A stretch of 59,391 nt of DNA, filler included, from Sanchytrium tribonematis (taxonomy: Eukaryota): the NCBI GenBank assembly GCA_018985235.1. It is 5 parts of 5 records of this genome, joined end to end, with 100 filler letters (N's around TTAATTAATTAA, not from the genome) between each part and the next. Parts side by side here need not be neighbours in the genome. Positions count along the whole stretch, not along the records: positions 23,864 to 35,657 come from JADGIG010000246.1; positions 35,758 to 47,527 come from JADGIG010000247.1; 3 more parts are not named here. One strand, written 5' to 3'. Position numbers and translations under genes: made by a program. Within the stretch, counting starts at the first letter, position 1. Every line of letters begins with the position of its first letter. The notes beneath the pieces are model-generated. The model ran no database searches, was not told where the DNA came from, and was given only the letters and a program-made list of their open reading frames with translations. Shown here in pieces: positions 33,786 to 42,764 of this stretch.

Positions 33786-35057
33786 TCAAACTTTTTTCTT
33801 CTTGATGGATTTGACACGGTTGACGATCTCTTCTGCATCTTCTGATAGCGGCTTTCTCTTCTTTTTGTTGCCCAAATTAATGTCCTTCATTTGTTGACTA
33901 GCCAAATGATTTGCTTCTTCAACACTATCCATTAAAATTTTTACAGCTGCGTCATCAAGATCATATTTTTCCAATTTTTTTTGAATAGCATTTTCAATTC
34001 TTTGATACACTTCCACGTCATATTGCGTAACAAAAGTAACAGTATTGCCGTGCTTACCTGCTCTCGCAGTCCTCCCTACACGATGTAAGTAATTTTTAGA
34101 TGACATTGGCACATCGTAATTAATGACATAACCTACTTGAGGAATATCTAGCCCACGAGCTGCGACATCTGTACAAACCAAAATGCCCTTATCTCCAGAT
34201 TTAAATTTGTTGAGTGAAGCCAAACGCTTTTGTTGACTCATTTGTCCATGTAGCGGCAAAGAACTGAATCCGAGGTTTCTTAGCATTAGGGCTACTTTTG
34301 TTGATGCAGCACAGGTAGCAGTAAACACAATGCAACTTTTTCCTGCAATTTCGTTCAGTATATAAGTTAAGTAACAATCTTTGTATTTCAATGGGAAGAA
34401 TAGATAAGTTTGATTCAGAGTGTCAACTGTGTCGTACTTAGAATTAGCTTCTACTGTTACAGGATCCCTTAAATTTGCCCTTTGTAATTTGTGGACTTTA
34501 CTTGTCATTGTTGCACTAAAAAGCATGGTCCTGCGATCATCAGGTAAGCACTTAAATATTAAATCAATCTTAGGCCCATAATCCGAGTCTAATAGGCGGT
34601 CTGCTTCATCCAAAACAAGATATTTGGCATTTTTCAAGGAAAACCCTTTAGTATTTTCTAAATGATCTGCGAGTCTACCCGGTGTAGCCACAACAATATG
34701 TGGTTTTCTAGAAAGTGCAATTTTTTGCTGAGTCATATCTACACCACCTACCAAGACTGCACAACGAACACCAATAGTTGAACCCAAAGCTGAGAATTGA
34801 TCGCTGATTTGAAACGCCAATTCTCTGGTTGGAGCCAATATTACAGCATAAAAGCTGGCGGGACTGTTCCATAAATGATGTAAAATAGGTAATGCAAAGC
34901 AAGCTGTTTTTCCCGATCCCGTTTTTGAAAGACCTATAACATCTTTTCCTTCCAAAGCAATGGGGATAGTTTTCAATTGAATGTCTGTGGGTTCTTTGTA
35001 TCCAACTGACTTGCACGCTTCCACTAATTCCGGAATTAAACCTAAAGCGGAAAACAT
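33786..35057 (-). CDS. RRP3: DEAD-box rRNA helicase Rrp3/DDX47
   Basis: [43 protein letters not shown]. Confidence 0.95.
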   Translation of the reverse strand: MFSALGLIPELVEACKSVGYKEPTDIQLKTIPIALEGKDVIGLSKTGSGKTACFALPILHHLWNSPASFYAVILAPTRELAFQISDQFSALGSTIGVRCAVLVGGVDMTQQKIALSRKPHIVVATPGRLADHLENTKGFSLKNAKYLVLDEADRLLDSDYGPKIDLIFKCLPDDRRTMLFSATMTSKVHKLQRANLRDPVTVEANSKYDTVDTLNQTYLFFPLKYKDCYLTYILNEIAGKSCIVFTATCAASTKVALMLRNLGFSSLPLHGQMSQQKRLASLNKFKSGDKGILVCTDVAARGLDIPQVGYVINYDVPMSSKNYLHRVGRTARAGKHGNTVTFVTQYDVEVYQRIENAIQKKLEKYDLDDAAVKILMDSVEEANHLASQQMKDINLGNKKKRKPLSEDAEEIVNRVKSIKKKKV

Positions 35058-35117
35058 CTCCTTGAATTATCCTTCTCCAAAAGTTGATATTAAAATATTT
35101 TATTAAATTAAAAGTCT

Positions 35118-35657
35118 CTAGCTTAGAAGCTCAAATTTGATATGTCCCAAATCTAATGTGGTATCTGTAGTAATATCAAGGTGCCTAAAACTGCCGTAAA
35201 TCCCGTATTCTGCATTTTTGGTACAATAATCATAAAACTTACTACATTCATTAATGATGTAAAAGCTGGTGACTACACCATTACTTCTACAATGCATGTC
35301 AGTCAAAAAGATCCCTGTTTGTGCTAAAAGTGATAAAATAAAATCGAAATGAAATGTAGATACTGCTACCTCTTGGTCATACAGCAATATCCACACATCG
35401 TCTGATTTGTATATTATAAAGTCATTATCGTATTTGATGTCTTTGAGGTATTTTAATTTCAAAGTCTGACAATATATTTCAATGACGTTTGACATTTTCT
35501 CTTCCAATGTACCCTCTACTAATAATGCGAATGGTTTTAGAAATCCAGTTGTTTTTTGCCAACCATTAAGAGATATTGCGATATCCCCAATTAATGAAAA
35601 CGTAATGGAGGATGTTATAAAATTTGATATTATTGTAATTAAATCTTGGGAATTTTT
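35118..35657 (-). CDS. Hypothetical protein, C-terminal part (5'-partial at contig end)
   Basis: The frame of ORF 35118-35507 stays open up to the gap. No motif recognised. Confidence 0.55.
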   Translation of the reverse strand, partial: KNSQDLITIISNFITSSITFSLIGDIAISLNGWQKTTGFLKPFALLVEGTLEEKMSNVIEIYCQTLKLKYLKDIKYDNDFIIYKSDDVWILLYDQEVAVSTFHFDFILSLLAQTGIFLTDMHCRSNGVVTSFYIINECSKFYDYCTKNAEYGIYGSFRHLDITTDTTLDLGHIKFELLS

Positions 35658-35757
35658 NNNNNNNNNNNNNNNNNNNNNNNNNNNNNNNNNNNNNNNNNNN
35701 NTTAATTAATTAANNNNNNNNNNNNNNNNNNNNNNNNNNNNNNNNNNNNNNNNNNNN
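35658..35757. other. Artificial contig-joining spacer
   Basis: 44 N + TTAATTAATTAA + 44 N. Confidence 0.97.
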
Positions 35758-36656
35758 AAATAATGGAAAACCTGTAGGATATTCCATTCCTGCAACTGAG
35801 CATTCTGTTATGACTGCTTGGAATACTGAAAAAGAAGCCATCTCAAACATGATCAACAGGTATGGAGATGGAGTGTATGCATGTGTAATGGATAGCTATA
35901 GCTACATGAAAGCTTTAACTGATGTTCTTCCAAGTATTTATCAGGAGAAAATAGGGAAAGGCGGATTTTTGGTATTAAGGCCAGATAGTGGTGATCCAGT
36001 CGAAACAGTCTTACAAGCCTTAAGAGCCGCTGAGCGTGTATTTGGCTGCAGTTTTAATCAAAAAGGTTACAAAGTAATTAATGGATGTGGTGTGATTCAA
36101 GGCGATGGAATCAATAAGGACACGGTCCAAAAAATACTCGAAGCAGCAGAAAAGGAAAAATACAGCGCAATGAATATCGCATTTGGGATGGGAGGTGGTT
36201 TGTTACAAAAGCATAACCGTGATACAATGTCTTTTGCTACCAAGTTATGTTTTATCGAATACGCCACAGGAAAATCTAGAAATGTTATGAAAGCTCCCAA
36301 AACAGACTCGGCTAAAATATCGTTACCAGGAGAGCTTTTTGTCTATCTCAACGATCAAAATGTATCATTTACTAATGAAGTTGCCCGTTGTTTATCCCAA
36401 AAATGATCCAAAATATCCTCCTCCTAATTTCAAGTCAGTTTTGAATCTTGTTTATGATGGGACAGACCCTGAACTGAGGAATTTTGGATCTGAACACCCT
36501 CCCTCTGTAGGAAAACCCTCTAAACATACATTCTGGGATATGTCATTTGATGATATTAAAATTAAACTGCAATCAAATTGGGACAAGTATCCAAAGAGCC
36601 ACGACCCATTAAGTAAGGAATTGAAAGAAAACATCAATAATACATTAAGTTTATAG
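35758..36656 (+). CDS. NAMPT: Nicotinamide phosphoribosyltransferase (NAMPT/NadV), 5'-partial; exons ..36361 and 36381-36656
   Basis: SIPATEHSVMTAW, VMDSYS, LRPDSGDP, IQGDGI, AFGMGGGLLQKHNRDT. Confidence 0.9.
36362..36380 (+). other. 19-nt intron (phase 0) in NAMPT
   Basis: GTATCATTTACTAATGAAG (AAG acceptor); removal joins ORFs 35810-36406 and 36339-36656. Confidence 0.82.
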
Positions 36657-36672
36657 CAAGCCTAATAATTTA

Positions 36673-38191
36673 TTAGGATACTGAAAACAGTAAATCACCA
36701 GTATCTTTTTCATTTTCATCTTCATGAAAACATCCAATTGATCTGTAGTATCTCTCTGTCATATTCATTTGGGTCATGATTTGTATTTCTTGTTTTTCTG
36801 GGTCTTCCTCGTCAATGTCTTGTTTAAAAACGGTCGAATCGTAACTTTCATTTGATTTTTCTTGAAGAGCCTTTGGATCAGTAGCGACTTTTTTATCTTT
36901 TGCATCTTCTCTAGATTTTTTAGTAGCAGCCTTGGCTTCTTTTTCTGCTGCTTTTTCTTCCCATATTTTTTCAAGATACAAGTCACAAATTTCCAAGTCA
37001 GAAGATGCAATTGAGGATTTCTCAACAACTTTTAAATTTTGCGATATGACCTGCATTACATTTTGAGGATGGAATATTTCTGGAAATCCAAGAGCCTTTA
37101 GAAAGTCGTTGGCTTTGTATGTACATTTATCTATACTGGGGCAAAGAGTGACATTTTCGCGAATGTATTTCCACAAAAATTTAAGGCCGATATGTCTAAA
37201 TTATTATGATATACCTTGGAAAATATCGCACTTGGCAAATTTTGGCAAATTCGGGACTCGGTTCGAAATATTTCATATTTACATAACGGGTATGCCGTTT
37301 CCCTTCATTGATTTTCAATTTGAGATCTGTTGCATTTGAAATTTCTTCCAATATTGTATCCTGGTTTGTTGCCAACTTTTCAAGATCTACTTCGTACAGA
37401 AATTTAGCACCTGAAAGTTGTTGTTCTGAATTAATACTATTCTTACTAACTTTTTCCAGTTGACTTTTAACGTAATTTGAAAGCTCTGCCGTTGAAATTA
37501 CCTCAACATTTAAAATCTTTTTGAGCTCTTCGTCACAAAATATGCGACCACGACTTTTAAGAATGTCTTTCTTTTTGATAACAGAAATGAATTTTGAGAC
37601 TGCATGTTTGTAAGTGGAGTATCGTGTTTTAATTATGCCTGCTAGATCATCTGAGCATTTCAATAATTTCATTCGTCTATATTTCTCAGGAATTTCTATC
37701 TCTTCAACATTTTCAAGGCTGTTTTTAGTAATAATAGGATCAAGATGAAGTCTGAAATTGAATTTTGAGGGCTCGAATATTCGCACGCTGCACAGCCTTT
37801 GCAAATTTTCATCTGCTAATATGCGCCCTCCACATAACAGATTATTATGAAATGCATAATCCCACACCAAGCCTTCCACCTCATGCTCCTGCACCACCTC
37901 CTTCCCCAGAATTGGAAACAATTGAGAACTAGGTTTGTACAAATTTGTCTCTTTTGTCTTTGCAGAAGGCGTCTCTAGGTGAGGAAATTCGAATGCTGTG
38001 GACTGGTAGTGTTGATGAACACTCAAGATGATGTGGTCAGTTAAAAAATCCTTAATATGGTCTAATTTAAGGCCCATTTTTCTCTCAATTTCACTCCTAA
38101 TTTCTAATAAGGTTTTATCAAATACATCCTCTCTTTTAATTATAGGATACACATGACTTAAAATTTTCTGCAATAGTTCGTTGTTTGTCAT
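36673..38191 (-). CDS. DEK-C-like plus multiple SWIB/MDM2 domain protein (Uaf30/Tri1-like); 2 exons: 38191-37215, 37195-36673
   Basis: LLEIRSEIERKMGLKL, then three SWIB-like units (PSSQL...VWDYAFHNNL...ADENLQRL; CSDDL...IFCDEELKKIL; PSPEF...PR|HIGLKFLWKYIREN). Confidence 0.7.
37196..37214 (-). other. 19-nt intron (phase 2) in the SWIB-domain gene
   Basis: GTATATCATAATAATTTAG; removal joins the two ORFs inside the third SWIB unit. Confidence 0.85.
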
Positions 38192-38340
38192 GTTTCAATA
38201 TCAAGATATGAAATTTTGGAAAATGATTAAAAATTTAAACAAGCACATAAATGGCAAATGGATTAACTCAATGAACTTCTGATATTAGGCCGATGATGAG
38301 AAGGCGCATTTGTGATACAAAAATTTGCCATCTCCTTGAA

Positions 38341-41300
38341 ATGACACAGTCCGATATTTTGGACCATCAATCAAGTGAAATAAACCCTACGTCAAATCAT
38401 TCTCTCTATTTAAAACGGATTGTTGTTGAAAATTTCAAATCTTACTTTGGAAGACATATAGTAGGTGATTTTGACCAGCAATTTACCTCCATCGTGGGCA
38501 GCAATGGAAGTGGGAAAAGTAATATCATTGATTCTTTATTATTTGTATTTGGTTTTAGATCTAATTATTTAAGACATCAGAAGCTTAGTAATTTAATCTA
38601 TAGCGGACATGTTCAATGTGATTTTTGCGTTGTTGAACTCCATTTTGTTCATGAAAGCACGACAGATTATATTATAAGTAGAAAGGTTGATTTAAACAGC
38701 CAAAGTACTTATTACATCAATGGAAAGAGTTGTCCTTTTAAAGTAGTAAGGGAATTAGTAACTTCTTGGGGGATCGATTTGGATCACAATAGATTTATGA
38801 TTCTTCAAGGTGAAATCGAATCGATTGCTCAAATGAAACCAATTGGTAGTAGTACTGTTGCGGGCATTCCCACTCCAGATAAGAAATCGACAGGTTTACT
38901 TGAATACTTGGAAGACATCATTGGAACAACAGAATTTCATAATCCGTTATTTGAAACATTTAATCGTGTCCAGGAACTTGATACTCAAAGAGAGGTCTGC
39001 TTACGACAAGTAAATCAGGCAGAAAAAGATCGAAATGAACTGCAAGCTCCTTTTGATGAGGCGATTGAATATATAGCAAAACAAAATGAGGTGACAGAAT
39101 TACAGAATATGCTTTTTCAGCAGCAAAAAATGCTTCAACTGGAAGCGATTGAAAACTTACAGAATTCAATGGAAAAATTAGAACTTAATATCAAAGAAAA
39201 CGAGGCTAAAAAAGTTTTACTTCATAAAAATAGTGAGTCTATTACTTCTGAGATGAACGCGTTTCTAAAGAATCATCAAGAAAATGAAAATGTTGTGGTT
39301 GAAATGAAAAAAAGGGTTCTTTTTTTAGAAAAAGAGCTAGTGAAGACTGGAGAGGAGCTCAAACATTCCAAATTGACATTGAAAAAGAAACGTTCAGCAT
39401 TAGAAGACGCTCAAACTAAACTAGGAAGTCTGAATTTAGTGAATGACGATACAATTGAGGCTTTAAAACAAGAAATCAAATCTATCGAAGAACATTTGAA
39501 AGATGAGACAAAATTGCTAAACAAGATGAGAATTGCAATCCGAAAAGAATTAGAACCGATTGAAAAAAATTGCGACGCAATTGAAAAAGAATTAAACCCA
39601 ATCCAACTAGAAATAGACTCGAAAAAGAACAAAATGCAAGTAATCGCCAAGGAATATACCGACTTGCAGAAACTTTGGAAAGAATCAACTCAAGGAGATC
39701 AGAATAATTTAATAGCTGATTACGAAAACCAGATAGCCTCCAAAAAAGAAGAGATTGAATATCTTAATGCCCAAATCCCCGAATCAAATTTCTCAATTTC
39801 CAAACTGAGGAATGAAATTACTCAAATTGAAGATCGCAAACGGGGATTGGTCAATGAGTCTGAGTCTATTAGAGCAAAATTAGAAGACAACAATTCGGAA
39901 CAAGCTTTTACTCAGTCCCAAGATCAGACTTCAAAGTCTTTATACAACTTGAAACAACAGATACGTGGAATCCACGGCAAGCTCGGTGATTTGGGAGTAA
40001 TAGAATCAAAGTATGACATAGCTGTATCGACTGCTGCTCCATCGTTGCACAATTTTGTTGTTCAAACAGTACAGGATGCAAACAGCTGTGTTCAATTTTT
40101 AAGAGAGCGAAATCTTGGGCGCACAACCTTTATAGTTTTGGACAAACAGAATTCTTTTAATAACCACAAGATAACTACCCCAGAAAATGTACCGCGTCTT
40201 ATTGATTTGATTCAATGTGCAGAGGCGCATAAACCTGCATTTTATTTCTCAGTTAGAGATACCATTGTCGCTAAAGACATAGATCAGGCAAGGCGAATAA
40301 GTAATTTTGGTGGACGAAGATGGAGAGTCGTCACATTGGATGGCAAAATGATTGAACCCACAGGAGTAATGAGTGGGGGTGGAAACCGATCATTTTCAGG
40401 CGCTATGAGAACTTCTGAGGGCACACATAAGATTTCCTCCGGTTACGATAGTGCCGAAGTCAAAAAATTAGAAAAACTGTTGGAAAAACAAGAAGTATTG
40501 ATTAAAAAGATTGATTTTGAACTGAAGCCGAAGCAAGATCAACTAAAAACACTTCTTGACAATGTCCATGACTTAATAGCGGTTCAGGATGAGTTGAAAG
40601 AAGAATTGAGACAGATTGAATTGAAAAGGGATGAAATACAAATTTCAGTTTATACAGAGGCAGATGAAACTCGAAAAAATTCATTGGAAGAGCAAAGAAA
40701 ACTTATTTATAAAGAAATTCAAAGTCTTACTGTACAATCAGAACCTTACCTTATGAGACTTCAGTCGGCGCGCGATCTTTTGAAAAAAACCGGTGGTGCG
40801 GAATTGAATCAAAAAGAAACTCGAGTGAAGGATCTGGAGTCTTCTAAAAAGTCATTAACCCAAAGATTGAATGTTTCAAAACAGGAAAAAGTCAAATATG
40901 AAAAGGATTTTAAACGATTTAGCAGAGATAAGGACCGCTTCAATGTTGATGTTCACAATTTGGAAAAGCAAATAGTGGAACTTGAAAAAAATGACAGCTT
41001 AAAATCTATAGAGCTTAAAAAGCTTAAAGAGGACTTAGTGTTGCGCGAACGAAATTTCGAAGAGCAAAATGTTCACATAATAAAATGGAAAGAAGATATT
41101 GGTATCATTGAAAAGGAGCTGAACATGATAAGAAAGACTCAGGTAGATTATGACAATCAACTTGATATTATTAAAAGGGAAGGTAGAGCCTCTGAAAAAG
41201 AACTAAGGCGTGTCGAGGAATTAATCGGAAAATTGGAAATGATCGGAATAGACAAAGATGACGATGAAATGGAGGTTGACAATGCTCTGAAGTGCTATAC

Positions 41301-42073
41301 TGGCGATGAGCTTGATGCACTGGATCCAAAAAGTGCCAGTCGAGAAATAAAAAAGCTGCAAGAAACCATAAGTAAAATGAAGCCTAATCTGAGATCAGTT
41401 GAGGACTATAGACAAAGACAAAAAATATTGAAAGAAAAGCAGCAAATTTTAGATGAATGTAAAGAAAAGCGCAACTCTGTTAGGGCGGAATTTGAGGCTT
41501 TGAAATCTCAAAGATTAGGAAAATTTATGAATGGCTTTAACATAATTACAAAAAAATTGAAAGAAATATACTCTTTTCTAACTATGGGTGGCAACGCGGA
41601 ACTCGACTTTGTTGACTCATTGGATCCTTTTAGCGAAGGGATTCATTTTAGCGTTATGCCGCCTAAAAAAAGTTGGAAACTAATCGGAAATTTAAGTGGG
41701 GGAGAAAAAACTTTGAGTTCTTTGGCTCTAGTCTACGCTCTTCATCATTTCAAGCCCTGCCCTATATATGTGATGGACGAGATAGGTAGTTTTAGTTTAT
41801 TTAGATGCAGCCTTGGATTTCAAAAACGTGGACATTGTAGCCCGATACGCAAAAGAACAATCTCGAAATCAAGCTCAAATGATTATTATTAGTCTTCGAA
41901 ATGATATGTTCGACAAGGCGGACAAATTGGTTGGAATTTACAAAATCAATGGATGCACAAGATCTATTACCACTGATTTAAATAAGTTACTTGAGCTTAA
42001 ATTTCATATCAAAAAAGAAATAGAGCCACCGATATCCCAAAAATCGAAGAGAAATTTCGTTTTGAAAAAATAA
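38341..42073 (+). CDS. SMC4: Condensin subunit Smc4 (2 exons: 38341-41785, 41805-42073; an alternative ATG at 38293)
   Basis: ENFKSY, GSNGSGKSN, IDLDHNRFMILQGE, hinge GIHGKLGDLG, LSGGEKTLSSLAL. Splicing gives YVMDEI|DAALDFKNV and IIISLR. Confidence 0.96.
41786..41804 (+). other. 19-nt intron (phase 1) in SMC4
   Basis: GTAGTTTTAGTTTATTTAG; removal restores Walker B/D-loop DEIDAALD. Confidence 0.94.
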
Positions 42074-42154
42074 ATTACTGGTTTGTCATACGGCGTAGTC
42101 TAATTATCTAAATCGGGTCTAAATTCTTTATATGGGGAACGGCCCTCAATATTG

Positions 42155-42757
42155 ATGACGATGTTTAGTACCGGCTATTCAGGAATTGATAACGATATCA
42201 CAGTTTATGAGTTGCCCGCAGAGAAAAAAGATTTGTTAGAAATCAAGCGTACAATACTTTTGGCTGTGGATGAAAGTATTACATCACAGTACGCATTTGA
42301 CTACGCCAGAAAGAATTTGCTAAGATCAGATGACTGTGTCTGCTTGGTCAATGTTATGCCGACGAATTCTCCACCACCACTTGAAAGTTTAGATGTAGGT
42401 GCCATGTTTATTGACACAGGATATCTAGAAGAGCAGCAGAAATATAATGCGGATCACTCGAAATGGTTATTGAAAAGATACGAAAGCTTTCTACAAAAGT
42501 ACAAAGTGCGATTATTTTCTCTCCTTGGAGATAATCGAGATGAAATTTGTAGAGCCGCCACAAATTTGAAGGCTGATATGGCCATTTTAGGAAGTAGAGA
42601 TTTAACCGGTTTGCATAGAATGTTTTTGGGTTCCACGACAGACTATTGCCTTCATAACATAGAGTGCAGTGTTTATGTTGTAAAACCACCAGAAAGCTTG
42701 GAATTTGACCCGATTTTGGGTTCAGACAATCGCTCAATAAATAAAAAGGAAAGTTAA
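42155..42757 (+). CDS. Universal stress protein A-like domain protein
   Basis: RTILLAVDESITSQYAFDYA, GDNRDEIC, ILGSRDLTGLHRMFLGSTTDYCLHN, VYVVK. Confidence 0.9.
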   Translation: MTMFSTGYSGIDNDITVYELPAEKKDLLEIKRTILLAVDESITSQYAFDYARKNLLRSDDCVCLVNVMPTNSPPPLESLDVGAMFIDTGYLEEQQKYNADHSKWLLKRYESFLQKYKVRLFSLLGDNRDEICRAATNLKADMAILGSRDLTGLHRMFLGSTTDYCLHNIECSVYVVKPPESLEFDPILGSDNRSINKKES

Positions 42758-42764
42758 ATTTTAT

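Noticed and set aside
3961..41804. Broken ORFs read as pseudogenes, sequencing indels or programmed frameshifts
   Set aside because: Each break contains a GT..AG 19-mer with shared internal consensus, and its exact removal restores conserved motifs with no extra or missing residues.
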